DNA from: Acidobacteriota bacterium
GTDB taxonomy: Bacteria; Acidobacteriota; Thermoanaerobaculia; Multivoradales; JAGPDF01
Assembly (NCBI GenBank): GCA_039933785.1
Contig: JBDTNL010000014.1
Location: 1,382 to 65,381 of the forward strand
Length of the DNA: 64,000 bases
Direction of reading: 5' to 3'
The position numbers and the translations under genes were made by a program. Each line of letters opens with the position of its first letter. Position 1 is the first letter of the stretch. Shown in pieces: positions 46,505-57,251 of the stretch. The notes beneath the pieces were generated by a model. That model was not told the DNA's origin. It made no database searches and saw only the letters and a list, made by a program, of their open reading frames with translations.

Positions 46505-47322
46505 TCGCCGGCCAGGTGTCTTCCCGGTGTTCCCGGCCGAGCGCCCTCGTGCTGGCGGCCCACGGCTGCGGCGACGCCTCCGATGCCAATGCACGTGTGC
46601 GCCTCCTGGCACGGCTGCTCGCGAGCCAGGAGCCCGGGCGACAAGTGGTCGTCGCGTTCGAGCTCGGGTCGCCGACGTTCCGCGACGCGCTCGGCGAGCT
46701 CGACCTTGAACGAGCTGGACATCGTGTGCAAGTGGTGCCGATCATGGCGGCGGCCGGCTTCTTCACCCGACAGCGTCTGCCTGAGGCATTCGCCGCCCGC
46801 GCCCAGGCTCTTCATGTGGAGGTGCGCATCACGACTCCCTTGGGGAGCCACGCGGCCGTGATCTTGGGGGCCGTGGCCCGGACGGCGGCGCGCTTGCGGT
46901 CGCTTGGACCGGACGTTGCCGCTGGCCACACCGCGGTACTGGTGGCGGGTCACGGGACCGTCCGCGATTCTCGCAGCGGCGCCTCGACCATGAGCCTGGT
47001 GGGCGAGCTGCGTCGCTCCCAGCCTGGCCTTCGCGTCGTTGGAGCGTTCCTGGATCAAGAGCCGAGGCTGGAAACGGTGGCTGCCGAGCTCTCGGCGAGG
47101 CGGCTGATCGTGGTGCCCTACCTGTTCGGCGGCGGGGCTCATCTGCAGCGGGACCTCGGAGCGCGGCTGGACGGCAGCGGGCCGGAAGTCTTGATCGAGC
47201 CAGCGCTATCGGACGCTCCGGCGCTACCGGCAGCGCTCGCCGCAGTCACCGATCTCGCTGTCTGGAGGGAACCCCGCACCGTCGTCGCACCGATGGCTCG
47301 GTGGCTCAGGAGGGTGTCGTGA
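46501..47322 (+). CDS. cbiX: Sirohydrochlorin ferrochelatase (CbiX/SirB, tandem-domain form)
   Basis: GTGA overlap; two CbiX-like halves LVLAAHG... and VLVAGHG... Confidence 0.75.
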   Translation: MIAGQVSSRCSRPSALVLAAHGCGDASDANARVRLLARLLASQEPGRQVVVAFELGSPTFRDALGELDLERAGHRVQVVPIMAAAGFFTRQRLPEAFAARAQALHVEVRITTPLGSHAAVILGAVARTAARLRSLGPDVAAGHTAVLVAGHGTVRDSRSGASTMSLVGELRRSQPGLRVVGAFLDQEPRLETVAAELSARRLIVVPYLFGGGAHLQRDLGARLDGSGPEVLIEPALSDAPALPAALAAVTDLAVWREPRTVVAPMARWLRRVS

Positions 47323-48860
47323 CCGCCGGCAGTGTCAGCCTGGTCGGCGCCGGCCCGGGCGATCCCGGCCTCATCACCCGCCGAGGGCTCGAGCTCCTGC
47401 GCGCGGCGCAAGTCGTGGTGCACGATCGCCTGGTGGGGCGCGAGCTGCTCCTGGAGGCTCCGCCCGAGGCGCGCCTCGTCGATGCCGGGAAGGCGCCCGG
47501 GCGTGTTCCGTTGGACCAGGTGACGATCAACGATTTGCTGATTGCGGAGGCGCGGTCCGGACATCGCGTGGTGCGCCTGAAGGGCGGCGATCCCTTCGTC
47601 TTTGGCCGCGGGTTCGAAGAGCTCCTAGCCTGCCGCGAAGCCGGCGTGCGGTGCGAAGTCGTGCCGGGAGTGAGCAGCGCGATCGCCGGACCCGCCGCGG
47701 CCGGCATTCCGGTCACCTTGCGTGGCGTGGCGCGCAGCTTCGCGGTCATGACCGCCCAGACGGGCGCCAGCGCCTTGGCCGATGCCCAGGGCGGTCCCAA
47801 CTGGCCCGCTCTGGCTCGCACCGACACACTCGTGATCCTGATGGGCGGCACACAGCTCAAGGGGGTCCGGGGCGCGCTGCTCGACGCGGGCAGGTCGCCC
47901 CAGACGCCGGTCGCGATCGTCGAGTCGGCGACCTTGCCACGGCAACGGGTGACGCGCGCGACGCTCGCAACTCTCGGACGAGTGGAGCCGGGAGCGGGAG
48001 CCCCGGCGGTGCTGGTGGTAGGGGAGGTGGCCCGCTTCGCGAGAACGCACGAAGACGGCGAAAGCCGAGCGCTCACGGGCCGGCGAGTTGTCGTCACTCG
48101 GCCCCTCCGTTCGGCGTCAGCGGTCGCGGGGCAACTCAGGCGCCGAGGCGCGGAGGTGATCGTCTGCCCGCTTATCCGCATCGAATACCGCAAACCACGC
48201 AAGCCGCACCATCTCGAGCGCGAAATTTTCAGCGCCGCGGTCCAGAGCGGCCAGGAACCGTGGATCGTGTTCACTTCGCGACACGGTGTAGTTGGCTTCT
48301 GGGCTGCCCTGCGTGCTGCCGGCGGGGACGCGCGCTCGTGCGCGGGCGCTCGTCTGGCCGTAGTCGGACCGCGGACCGGCGAGGCGCTCGGCGAGATCGG
48401 CCTGACGCCCGACCTCGTCGCCGATCCGGGCCGCGCCGAAGCCCTGATCGAAATCCTCGCGCCGCAAGTCGCCGGAGCGGAGGTCCTCTTTCCCTGTGGC
48501 ACGCTGGCCCGCCGCGAGGTGGCGGCGGGACTGCGGGCGGCCGGCGCCAAGGTGCGCGAGCTGGTGGTCTACAACACCTTGCCCGAGCGCCCGGACGCGG
48601 CGGCTGCGGCCGAGATTCAACGTGGCGTCGACGCGGTCCTGTTCCACAGCCCAAGCGCGGTTCGGGCGTGGGTCGCCGCGCGGCTGGCGCCCGTTCGGGT
48701 CCTGGTTGCCTGCCTCGGAGAAGAAACGGCGGACGTCGCCCGGCGATCGGGTCTGGAGCCCGAAATCGTCGCCGAGGAGCACTCCGATGACGGGCTGATC
48801 GCCGCTCTCGAAGCCCACTTCGCGCCGTCAACGGCGCGGAGCCAGGCGAGCCGCACCTGA
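47319..48860 (+). CDS. Uroporphyrinogen-III C-methyltransferase fused to uroporphyrinogen-III synthase (CobA-HemD)
   Basis: GTG 47319 after RBS GGAGGG; LVGAGPGDPGL...VVRLKGGDPFVFGRG methyltransferase motifs; C-terminal HemD-like half. Confidence 0.85.
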   Translation: MTAGSVSLVGAGPGDPGLITRRGLELLRAAQVVVHDRLVGRELLLEAPPEARLVDAGKAPGRVPLDQVTINDLLIAEARSGHRVVRLKGGDPFVFGRGFEELLACREAGVRCEVVPGVSSAIAGPAAAGIPVTLRGVARSFAVMTAQTGASALADAQGGPNWPALARTDTLVILMGGTQLKGVRGALLDAGRSPQTPVAIVESATLPRQRVTRATLATLGRVEPGAGAPAVLVVGEVARFARTHEDGESRALTGRRVVVTRPLRSASAVAGQLRRRGAEVIVCPLIRIEYRKPRKPHHLEREIFSAAVQSGQEPWIVFTSRHGVVGFWAALRAAGGDARSCAGARLAVVGPRTGEALGEIGLTPDLVADPGRAEALIEILAPQVAGAEVLFPCGTLARREVAAGLRAAGAKVRELVVYNTLPERPDAAAAAEIQRGVDAVLFHSPSAVRAWVAARLAPVRVLVACLGEETADVARRSGLEPEIVAEEHSDDGLIAALEAHFAPSTARSQASRT

Positions 48861-48928
48861 CGCGTTGCCTGATGGATTGACCGCTGGACCATCCGGCGCA
48901 TCCGCCGCGTGGATTTGCACTGGAGATC

Positions 48929-50644
48929 ATGATGTCGATTCTCGAAGCGAGTACCAAGACCGAGCTTCGCTCCCTGCTCGTCGGGGCCGAAGCCGCAACC
49001 GCGCTGCGCAACGAGGCGCTGCATTTGAAATCCTGGGACCTGGATTCTCGACAGACCTGCGATCTCGAGCTTCTGCTCAACGGCGGATTCACTCCGCTCG
49101 GTGGCTTCCTGGGGCGCCAAGACTACGAATCGGTGCTTCAACGATCGCGGCTGGTCGACGGCACGCTGTGGCCGATTCCCGTCACCCTCGACGTCGATAA
49201 GGAGTTCGCCGCCGGTCTTGCGCTCGGCGAGCGCATCGTGCTCCGCCACGCCGAGGGCATGGCGCTCGCGGTGCTCACGGTGAGCGATCGCTGGACACCG
49301 GATCGGGCGGCGGAGGCTCGCGCCGTCCTGGGCAGCGACGATGAAGCGCATCCGGAAGCCTTCCGGTTACTCAGGGTCTCTCGCGCTGTGTATTTGGGGG
49401 GCAGGGTCGAAGGGATCGAAGCATCGCCGCACCATACGTTTCGGCACCTGCGGCAGGGGCCGGGCGAGGTGCGCGCCGAGATCGAGCGCCGCGGCCTCGA
49501 GCGCGTGGTCGCCTTCCAAACCCGCAATCCCCTGCATCGCGCGCACGTCGAGCTCATTCGGCGAGCGGCCGAGGCAGTCGACGCGACCGTGCTGCTGCAC
49601 CCCGTGGTGGGCAGGACGAAACCCGGCGACATCGACTACTTCACTCGCGTGCGCTGCTATCAGGCCGTGCTGCCACATCTTGGAAGCGGCGCCTTGCTTA
49701 GCCTGCTTCCGCTCGCCATGCGCATGGCCGGTCCGCGGGAGGCGGTGTGGCACGCCATCTTGCGGCGGAACTTCGGCGCGACTCACTTCGTGGTTGGGCG
49801 CGATCACGCGGGACCGGGGAGAGACAGCGCCGGCCGGCCGTTCTACCATCCCGACGCGGCCCGGCAGCTCGCCGAGCAGCACGCGCCGGAGGTCGGCATC
49901 GAGATCATCTCGTCGGAGGAGCTGGTCTATTGCGGCGAACTCGGCGACTACCTGCCGGGCTCGCAGGTGAAGCCGGGCAGCGAAGTGCTGTCGCTTTCGG
50001 GCACGGAGTTCCGCAAGCGTCTGCGCGAAGGGGCCGAGATTCCGGAATGGTTCTCCTACGAAGAGGTGGTGCGGGTGCTTCGCCGCCAACATCCACCGCG
50101 GAGCGCCCAGGGCTTCACCGTCTTCTTCACCGGGCTTTCGGGCGCGGGCAAGTCGACGATCGCCAACATCCTGGTCGCCAGGCTTACCGAGGAGGGCAGC
50201 CGGCCGGTGACGCTTCTCGACGGCGATCTGGTGCGCAAGAACCTGTCGAGCGAGCTCGGCTTTTCACGCCAGCACCGCGATCTCAACATCCTCCGCATAG
50301 GTTTCGTCGCCAACGAGATCACCCGGAATGGCGGCGCCGCGGTGTGCGCCCCGATCGCGCCCTACGCCCCGGCCCGGCGACAGGTGCGCCAGTGCATCGA
50401 GGAGCACGGCGGCTTCGTCGAGGTCCACGTTGCCACCTCGATCGAGGTCTGCGAAAGCCGCGACCGCAAGGGGCTCTACGCCAAGGCGCGCGCGGGACTG
50501 GTGAAGGGATTCACGGGTATCGACGATCCGTACGACGTGCCCGAGCACGCCGAGCTGGTCATTGACGCGGGCAGCGTGCCGCCGGAAGAGGCCGCGGAGC
50601 AGATCCTGCGGTTCCTAGTGCACGAGGGCTACTTGCCGCTGTAG
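48929..50644 (+). CDS. Bifunctional sulfate adenylyltransferase (ATP sulfurylase) / adenylylsulfate kinase
   Basis: QTRN and GRDHAG sulfurylase motifs; C-terminal P-loop FTGLSGAGKSTIA of APS kinase. Confidence 0.9.
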   Translation: MMSILEASTKTELRSLLVGAEAATALRNEALHLKSWDLDSRQTCDLELLLNGGFTPLGGFLGRQDYESVLQRSRLVDGTLWPIPVTLDVDKEFAAGLALGERIVLRHAEGMALAVLTVSDRWTPDRAAEARAVLGSDDEAHPEAFRLLRVSRAVYLGGRVEGIEASPHHTFRHLRQGPGEVRAEIERRGLERVVAFQTRNPLHRAHVELIRRAAEAVDATVLLHPVVGRTKPGDIDYFTRVRCYQAVLPHLGSGALLSLLPLAMRMAGPREAVWHAILRRNFGATHFVVGRDHAGPGRDSAGRPFYHPDAARQLAEQHAPEVGIEIISSEELVYCGELGDYLPGSQVKPGSEVLSLSGTEFRKRLREGAEIPEWFSYEEVVRVLRRQHPPRSAQGFTVFFTGLSGAGKSTIANILVARLTEEGSRPVTLLDGDLVRKNLSSELGFSRQHRDLNILRIGFVANEITRNGGAAVCAPIAPYAPARRQVRQCIEEHGGFVEVHVATSIEVCESRDRKGLYAKARAGLVKGFTGIDDPYDVPEHAELVIDAGSVPPEEAAEQILRFLVHEGYLPL

Positions 50645-50650
50645 AACGAG

Positions 50651-50677
50651 GGCGCCGGGCCGCGCGAGCCCGGCGCC
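50651..50677. terminator. GC-rich hairpin between convergent genes (possible bidirectional terminator, weak U-tracts)
   Basis: GGCGCCGGGC-cgcgcga-GCCCGGCGCC. Confidence 0.4.
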
Positions 50678-50684
50678 GCGGATT

Positions 50685-51260
50685 TCAGTCGTGAGTTCCC
50701 GATCTCGGGATGGAGCGCAGGTACTCCCAGATCGCACGCAGGTCGCGGTCGCTGTAATTTTTGAACGCCGGCCAGGGCATGACTTGCAGCAGCGGGCCCA
50801 TCTCGGGATGCTTGTGGTCGAGATCGATCCCGGTCCGGATCACGAGCCTGAATTGAGCGAAGGTCAATCCCGCGGGAAGGCCGTTTTCCTCAGGGGTCAA
50901 GTTACGCGAGGTGAACGGCCCGAAGTGCTGTCCGCCGGCTAAGTAGCCCTCGGGATTCACGACGCCGGGCTGGCCAAGGAAGGGATCGTGGCCGGTGACG
51001 AAGGGTTGCAGCGTATGGCAGTCGTTACAGCCGCCGGCATTCACGAGGTAACTGCCGAGGCCGATGAGATTGTGCACGGCCGGGCCGTGCTGAGTGAGCG
51101 GAACCGGCGCCACGCGATAGCCGAGGTCGATGCGGGCGAGCTCGGGATCCTGGGGCAGCGGTGGCGCCGCGGCGAAGAGATCCTCGATAACTATCGAGGA
51201 GGCGACGAGAGCGAACGACAAAACGAGGAGCGTCGAAAACGAAATGCGCTTCCGAACCAT
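50685..51260 (-). CDS. c-type cytochrome (single CXXCH), membrane-anchored
   Basis: Start at ATG 51260 with RBS AAAGGAG; N-terminal TM; GGCNDCH haem motif. Confidence 0.7.
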   Translation of the reverse strand: MVRKRISFSTLLVLSFALVASSIVIEDLFAAAPPLPQDPELARIDLGYRVAPVPLTQHGPAVHNLIGLGSYLVNAGGCNDCHTLQPFVTGHDPFLGQPGVVNPEGYLAGGQHFGPFTSRNLTPEENGLPAGLTFAQFRLVIRTGIDLDHKHPEMGPLLQVMPWPAFKNYSDRDLRAIWEYLRSIPRSGTHD

Positions 51261-51319
51261 GCCGATCTCCTTTGGAAGTGGAACGCCGTACTCCACGCTA
51301 GCGCCGAAAGTCGGGCCTG

Positions 51320-52063
51320 TCAAAGTCGCGCGGCGGCCTCGGCGTCGAGCAGGAAGATCAGTTCGCCCGTCGTGGGCCGCACGTGAGCCGAAGGCAGCGC
51401 CGGATCCCGCTCGCGCAGGAGACGCCGGGCGATCTCGGCCTTTTCCGTGCCGGTGACGAGGAAGACCACCTGACGGGCGGCATCGAGCACCGGGTAGGTC
51501 AGGGTGATCCGGTGGGTGTGGAACGAGGACACCCAGGTCGCCGCGACCAGGCGCTCGTGCTCATCGAGCGCACTGCTCCCGGGGAATAACGATGCCGTGT
51601 GGCCGTCAGGACCGAGGCCGAGAAGCACGAGGTCGAACGCGGGCAGTGTGCCCGGTGCGAGATAGAAGAAGCTCCGCAGCATGGACTCGTACGCCGCGGC
51701 TCCGCTTTCCGGCGGCACGGTTTCGGCGGCGATGCGATGCACGTTGTCCGATGGAATTGCCGCTCCGGCTAGCGCCGCCATCGCGTTGTGATAGTTGCTG
51801 TCGGCGTGATCGGGAGGCACACAGCGCTCGTCGCCCCAAAAGAGATGCACGCGGGTCCAGTCGAGCGGTGCCCGATCGGGAGTCGTTGTCGTCAGGCTCC
51901 GGTAGAGATCGTTAGGAGTGCGGCCACCCGATAAGGCAACCGTGAAGCGGCCGCGTTCGGCGATCGACTGCGCGGCTGTGGCGCGGAAGAGCTGGTCCGC
52001 GGCCAGGACCACCGCGGCCGGGCTCGGTAGCACCTCGATCGACGGTTCGTCGGCGGAGCGCAC
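51320..52063 (-). CDS. pgl: 6-phosphogluconolactonase
   Basis: GTG start 52063 just after zwf stop; LSGGRTP and GLGPDGHTASLFPG motifs. Confidence 0.8.
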   Translation of the reverse strand: MRSADEPSIEVLPSPAAVVLAADQLFRATAAQSIAERGRFTVALSGGRTPNDLYRSLTTTTPDRAPLDWTRVHLFWGDERCVPPDHADSNYHNAMAALAGAAIPSDNVHRIAAETVPPESGAAAYESMLRSFFYLAPGTLPAFDLVLLGLGPDGHTASLFPGSSALDEHERLVAATWVSSFHTHRITLTYPVLDAARQVVFLVTGTEKAEIARRLLRERDPALPSAHVRPTTGELIFLLDAEAAARL

Positions 52064-52068
52064 GGTCG

Positions 52069-53637
52069 CTACTTCTTGACCGGCTCGACGTTGCGCCAGC
52101 GCCGGCCGTCGCGCGCCATGAGCTCGTCGGCCTCGGCCGGACCCCAAGTGCCGGCGGCGTAGTTCGGAAAGCCGCGGGTCGGCAACGCCGCCCAGACGTC
52201 GAGCACCGGCTGCAGCACGCGCCAGCCCGCCTCGACGGCATCGGCGCGCTGGAACAGCGTCGAGTCGCCCTTCATGCATTCGTAGAGCAAGGTCTCGTAG
52301 CCGGTCGACGGCGTGGTGCCAAAGTAGTCGGCATAGTCGAAGCTCATGTCGACCGCCCCGAGCTCGAGCGTCGGCCCCGGCACCTTGGCGCCGAAGCGCA
52401 GTGAGATGCCTTCGTCCGGTTGCACGTGGATGACCAGGAGGTTGTTGTGCAGCGCCTCGACCTCGGTCCGGCGGAAGAGACTGAGCGGCGCGGCGCGGAA
52501 GCGAATGGCGATCTCCGACACGCGATGCTTCAAGCGCTTGCCGGTGCGGAGGTAGAACGGCACTCCTGCCCAGCGCCAGTTGTCGATCAACACTTTGAGG
52601 GCGGCGAACGTCTCGGTCTTCGAATCGGCCGCGACCTGCGGCTCGGCGCGATAGGCCGGGACGAGTGTAGGCGCTCCGTGCAACTCGAGCGTGCCTTCGC
52701 CGTACTGACCGCGCACTGTCCTTTGCAGAACGTCCTCGGGATCGATCGGTTGCACCGCGTTCAGCAACTTCGCTTTCTCGTCGCGGACGGCCTCGCCGGC
52801 GAAGGAGATCGGCGGTTCCATGGCGACCAGCGCCATGAGCTGGAAGATGTGATTCGCCACCATGTCGCGCAATGCGCCGGCACCTTCGTAGTAGCCGCCG
52901 CGGAGCTCGACGCCGACCGACTCGGCGACCGTGATCTGCACATGGTCGACGTAGCGACGGTTCCAGATCGGCTCGAAGATGCCGTTCGCAAAGCGGAACA
53001 CCAGGATGTTCTGCACCGTTTCTTTGCCGAGATAGTGATCGATGCGGAAAATCTGACGCTCGTCGAGTGTCGCCCGCAGCAGCTTGTCGAGCACCTTCGC
53101 CGAGTCGAGATCGTGGCCGAAGGGCTTCTCGATGACCACACGGCGGAAGGCGTGATCGTCCATCTTCACCATGCCGGCCTCACCCAGACGGCTGACGATG
53201 GTGCCGAAGAGAGTCGGCGGGACGGCGAGATAGAAAATGGCGTTGCCGGCCGTCTTGTGCTTCGTTTCGCAGTCCAGGAGGAGCTGCTTGATGCGGTCGT
53301 ACGTCGCCGGATCGTCGAAGTTGCCGGCTATGTAGTAGATCCGTTCGGCCAGGCGGTGCCAGATGTCGAGGTCGATGGGCTCTTCCAGGAACTCGGGCAG
53401 ATCGCGTTCGAGCTTCAAGCGGAACGCCTCGCCCTGGAGGTCGGTCGATGCGGTGCCAACAACCGCGAACTCCTTGGGTAGAAGCCCAGCCTTCTCGAGG
53501 TAGTAGAGCGCGGGAATGAGCTTGCGCTTGGTGAGGTCGCCCGAGGCCCCGAAGATCACCATCGCGCAGGGCGGCGGTGCCGAGGGCGTCTTGTGCGTGC
53601 CGAGAGTGGCTTCCGAAACGTCCTGGCTCTTGATCAT
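52069..53637 (-). CDS. zwf: Glucose-6-phosphate 1-dehydrogenase
   Basis: NAD(P) site [12 protein letters not shown], active-site RIDHYLGKE. Confidence 0.9.
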   Translation of the reverse strand: MIKSQDVSEATLGTHKTPSAPPPCAMVIFGASGDLTKRKLIPALYYLEKAGLLPKEFAVVGTASTDLQGEAFRLKLERDLPEFLEEPIDLDIWHRLAERIYYIAGNFDDPATYDRIKQLLLDCETKHKTAGNAIFYLAVPPTLFGTIVSRLGEAGMVKMDDHAFRRVVIEKPFGHDLDSAKVLDKLLRATLDERQIFRIDHYLGKETVQNILVFRFANGIFEPIWNRRYVDHVQITVAESVGVELRGGYYEGAGALRDMVANHIFQLMALVAMEPPISFAGEAVRDEKAKLLNAVQPIDPEDVLQRTVRGQYGEGTLELHGAPTLVPAYRAEPQVAADSKTETFAALKVLIDNWRWAGVPFYLRTGKRLKHRVSEIAIRFRAAPLSLFRRTEVEALHNNLLVIHVQPDEGISLRFGAKVPGPTLELGAVDMSFDYADYFGTTPSTGYETLLYECMKGDSTLFQRADAVEAGWRVLQPVLDVWAALPTRGFPNYAAGTWGPAEADELMARDGRRWRNVEPVKK

Positions 53638-53665
53638 GCGGGCTCCGGACTGGCGGTGATTGCGA

Positions 53666-55393
53666 TCATGCTCCGAGCACGCGGGCGACGGTGTCGGCGA
53701 CCCGCGCCAGGCCCGTTTTCACGTCGGCGCCGAGGTGCAGACGCAAGGCTCGACGCCCGCGCTCGGCGAGCACGGCGAAGTCGCCGCGGGCCTGCGCCGC
53801 CTTGACCACTCCGAAGGTGTAGCGCGCGCCCGGCACCGCGAGGTCCTGCGCGTCGTCGCAGGTGAGCTGCAGGAATACGCCGCTGTTCGGGCCGCCTTTG
53901 TACGCCTGCCCCGTGGAGTGCAGAAAGCGCGGGCCGAAGCCCAAGCAGGTCGCCACCCGGCGCGCGTCGCGCACCGCCTGCCGCATGAACTGCAGGCGCT
54001 CGCGGTGGAGCTCGTTCATTTCGAGGTAGGCGAGGAGGCCAAAGTAGTCTCCAGGTCCGAGGCGCCCGAGATGGGCCGCGAGCACGCCGGCGAGGGTGCG
54101 CTCCTGGGCGAGGCCGAGAAGCTCCTCGGCGTTGCGCGGATCGGCGAACAGCTTCACGCCGTCGCTCTCGAGGAACGGCGATTCCGCGGGCAGCGAGCCA
54201 TGCGCCTCGACTTCGTCGGTGAGCTTGCGGGTCTCGATCTTCGAGGCCTCGACGTCGGGCTGGTTGAAGGGATTGATTTGTAGAACCGCGCCCGCCACGG
54301 CGGTGGCGATCTCCCAGCGGAAGAACTCGGCGCCGAGATCGTAGGGGTCGGCGATGCGAATGCGTACGACGGGGAGCGCGGCGCGCTCGAGCTCGGCGGT
54401 TGTCTGATCGAGGCGCGCGTCCGAGGCGCCATCGAGGCGCAGCACGACGAAGACGCGATCGTTGCCGTAAACCGCCGGAGCACCCGGGCGCTCGCCGTCG
54501 ACCGGAATCAACGCCTTGCCGAGCTTGCCGGTCGACTCAGCGACCAGCTGCTCGAGCCAGGCGCCGACATCCCAGAGCGGCGGCGAGGTGAGAATCGTCA
54601 GCTTGTCGCGGCCGAGGGTCGCGGCGGCGCCGAGCAGCAGGCCGAGGGCGACTCCGGGATTGTCCGCCGCCGGCCCGCTGGCGGCGCACGCCGCCACACG
54701 GCGCTGGGCATGATCGAGGAGGCGCTCGACGTCGATGCCCTGAATCGCCGCCGGCACGAGGCCGAAATCGGACAGCACCGAATAGCGCCCGCCGATCGAG
54801 GGCACGCCGTGGAAGATGCGCCGGAAGCGATCGGCCTTGGCGGCTGCTTCGAGCTTCGAACCGGGATCGGTGATCGCGACGAAGTGCTGGCCGGCACGCT
54901 CGCCGACCGTTTCGCGCACACGCTGGAAGAAGTACTGCTTGAAGATGTTGGGCTCCAGCGTCGAGCCGGATTTGCTCGAGACCACGAATAGGGTGCGCGC
55001 CAGATCGACTTTCCGCTCGAAGGAAAGCACTTGCGCCGGGTCGGTCGAATCGAGCACATGCATCTGAGGATGCCCGTCGGCGCTGCCGAAGACGGTCTCG
55101 AGCACCTCGGGGCCGAGGCTCGATCCGCCCATGCCGAGGAGCAGCGCATGGGTGAATCCCTCGCGCTTGACCTCTTCGCCGAACGCCCGCAGCTCCCGGG
55201 CGCGCGCGCGTTGGGCCTCGACGATATCGAGCCAACCCATCCATTGCGCCTCGTCGGTGCCGGTCCACAACGTCGCGTCACGATTCCACAGCCGCGCGAT
55301 GTTGCTCTTGCCGTCCCACTCCGAGCACAGGGCCCGGAAGCGATCGGAAATGTCCTTGGGCAGGCTCGAACTAAGATTGCGCTCGTGCGACAT
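53666..55393 (-). CDS. pgi: Glucose-6-phosphate isomerase
   Basis: PGI signature [12 protein letters not shown]; 575 aa. Confidence 0.85.
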   Translation of the reverse strand: MSHERNLSSSLPKDISDRFRALCSEWDGKSNIARLWNRDATLWTGTDEAQWMGWLDIVEAQRARARELRAFGEEVKREGFTHALLLGMGGSSLGPEVLETVFGSADGHPQMHVLDSTDPAQVLSFERKVDLARTLFVVSSKSGSTLEPNIFKQYFFQRVRETVGERAGQHFVAITDPGSKLEAAAKADRFRRIFHGVPSIGGRYSVLSDFGLVPAAIQGIDVERLLDHAQRRVAACAASGPAADNPGVALGLLLGAAATLGRDKLTILTSPPLWDVGAWLEQLVAESTGKLGKALIPVDGERPGAPAVYGNDRVFVVLRLDGASDARLDQTTAELERAALPVVRIRIADPYDLGAEFFRWEIATAVAGAVLQINPFNQPDVEASKIETRKLTDEVEAHGSLPAESPFLESDGVKLFADPRNAEELLGLAQERTLAGVLAAHLGRLGPGDYFGLLAYLEMNELHRERLQFMRQAVRDARRVATCLGFGPRFLHSTGQAYKGGPNSGVFLQLTCDDAQDLAVPGARYTFGVVKAAQARGDFAVLAERGRRALRLHLGADVKTGLARVADTVARVLGA

Positions 55394-55422
55394 GCCAGCA
55401 GTTTACGTCAGTCGCCACCGCA

Positions 55423-55447
55423 CGGATCGGACGGATCGCTCGGATCG
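55423..55447. repeat. Three tandem CGGATCG direct repeats (9-bp period) in pgi / membrane-protein divergent promoter region
   Basis: CGGATCGgaCGGATCGctCGGATCG. Confidence 0.35.
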
Positions 55448-55468
55448 CGCGGCGCGTTCGGCACCGGA

Positions 55469-57190
55469 ATGCTGGGGTGGCTCGGCAGAGCCTGTGCGGC
55501 GCTCGTCGTGTTGCTGGCGATGGCCTGGTCGTTTCGCCCTTTGGCGCACGACGACCTCTTCTGGCAGCTCCGCACGGGCGAGTACGTCGCGACGGAGCAC
55601 CGGGTCCCGCTGACCGACCCGTTTTCCTACACCAGGCTGGGCGCTCGATGGATCAGTCACGAGTGGGGTTTCGGCGCGCTCGTGTGGCTGGTCGAGCGCG
55701 CGAGCGGACTGGTCGGGCTGCTCGGTCTGACGGCGCTCCTCACGCTCCTCGTTGGAGTCCTCGTGGCGCGCCGGGCAGTGCCGCGGAGCGAACCGACCGA
55801 GTGGACGCTGTTGGCGCCGCTGCTGGCTCTGGCGCTGCTTTCCTGCGAGCGCATGCTCTTCCTGCGCGCCGCATTGCTGGCCGCGGTTCTTCTCGCGGTG
55901 CTGCTACTCCTCTTGGAACGGTGGCGCGAGAGCGGCAAGCCGAGGTATCTGTTGGCCTCCGTCGCGACCCTCTGGGTTTGGGCGAACGTGCACTCCAACG
56001 TGCTCATCGGCCTGGGGATCGTGGCGCTGTGGGCGATCGAAGCCTTGATCGCCGCGCACTGGCCGCGATTGACGGCCCTGGCAGAAGTCTCCGCCCCGCC
56101 TGCTCGCGCGCCTCGCGCTCTGGCGATCACCTTCGCCGCCGGCGCCGTGCTCAGCCTTTGCAATCCGAACGGATTGAGTGCGCTCGAGTACCCGTTCCTG
56201 TTGCAGCGGCTGCTCTTCGCCAGCGGCATCGAATGGGACCTCGGAGAATTCGCCACCGCATCACCGTGGTCGAACGCGCCGCTCTTGCTCATGGTGGCGC
56301 TACTCTTGTGGGGGGCAGTGACCGGCGCTCTTCGGCGGCTTCGTCCTTGGGAGTGGGTGGCGCTGCCGGCGTTCTTCCTGCTGACGGTGCGCGGCTCGCG
56401 ATTCGCGTTGGAGCTGACGATCGTGACGATTCCGGCGCTCTACCGGGTTCTGCACGATGAGCGAGCCCGGCTTCGAGGCACCAGGGTCCAGGCAGCGGGC
56501 GCCGCGGTGATCGGTCTTCTGCTGCTGGCCAAGCTCGTCGCAGCGATGCCGGAGCGACCCCTGCGCCTCTACGCTCGCTCTCTGCCGACTGGGGCCTCGA
56601 AGTTCCTGCGTGAGAACGCGATTTCGGGCCAGCTCTTTCACAACTCGAACCAGGGCGGCTATTTGAGCTGGTCGCTCCGGCAGCCGATTTTCTGGGACGG
56701 CCGCAACGACGTGTTCGCCTCGTTGACGAAAGAGGTCACCACGATTCCGTTTCCGGAGCTCGCCGAGCACTACGGCGTCGACGTGCTGGTGCTGACCGAG
56801 CGTGAATTCCACGACCTCCAGCCGGAAGCCGAGGGGCCGCGCTGGGGGCTGATGTATTGGGACGACGGCACCGCGGTGTACCTTCGGCGGATCCCGCGCT
56901 TCGCCGATCTGCTGGCGCGCCTGGAGCTCCACGCTTTCCCGGCGTTCAGCGATGGCCGAACGCTGGGGACGATCGCCAAGGATGGAGCAGCCGCGAAGGC
57001 GGCACGCGCGGAGCTTGGACGCCTGTTGACCGTCGAGCCGGAGAATCAGCGGGCACTGTACTTTCTTGGCGTGCTTGAACTGGCGGCGGGGGAGTACACC
57101 AACGCCCGGAGTCACCTCGAGAGCGCGCAACGCCTGGGCGACAACGAGCTTCTGCGGCGGGCCCTGGCGGTGGCCAGGCAGATCCCCTGA
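55469..57190 (+). CDS. Polytopic membrane protein with C-terminal TPR region (glycosyltransferase-like/DUF2723-type, tentative)
   Basis: Start at ATG 55469; ~11 TM segments then TPR-like C-terminus (ENQRALYFLGVLELAAGEY...). Confidence 0.65.
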   Translation: MLGWLGRACAALVVLLAMAWSFRPLAHDDLFWQLRTGEYVATEHRVPLTDPFSYTRLGARWISHEWGFGALVWLVERASGLVGLLGLTALLTLLVGVLVARRAVPRSEPTEWTLLAPLLALALLSCERMLFLRAALLAAVLLAVLLLLLERWRESGKPRYLLASVATLWVWANVHSNVLIGLGIVALWAIEALIAAHWPRLTALAEVSAPPARAPRALAITFAAGAVLSLCNPNGLSALEYPFLLQRLLFASGIEWDLGEFATASPWSNAPLLLMVALLLWGAVTGALRRLRPWEWVALPAFFLLTVRGSRFALELTIVTIPALYRVLHDERARLRGTRVQAAGAAVIGLLLLAKLVAAMPERPLRLYARSLPTGASKFLRENAISGQLFHNSNQGGYLSWSLRQPIFWDGRNDVFASLTKEVTTIPFPELAEHYGVDVLVLTEREFHDLQPEAEGPRWGLMYWDDGTAVYLRRIPRFADLLARLELHAFPAFSDGRTLGTIAKDGAAAKAARAELGRLLTVEPENQRALYFLGVLELAAGEYTNARSHLESAQRLGDNELLRRALAVARQIP

Positions 57191-57251
57191 ACGCGGCCGG
57201 CCACAAGGCCGGACCCCTGTCCGGGCTGGGCGTGGCACAATCGGGAGCGCT

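Noticed and set aside
44654-46612. 652-aa minus-strand ORF antisense to the sulfite reductase gene, and 47306-48550 antisense to cobA-hemD
   Set aside because: Mirror-frame artefacts; the plus strand carries conserved sulfite reductase / methyltransferase motifs.
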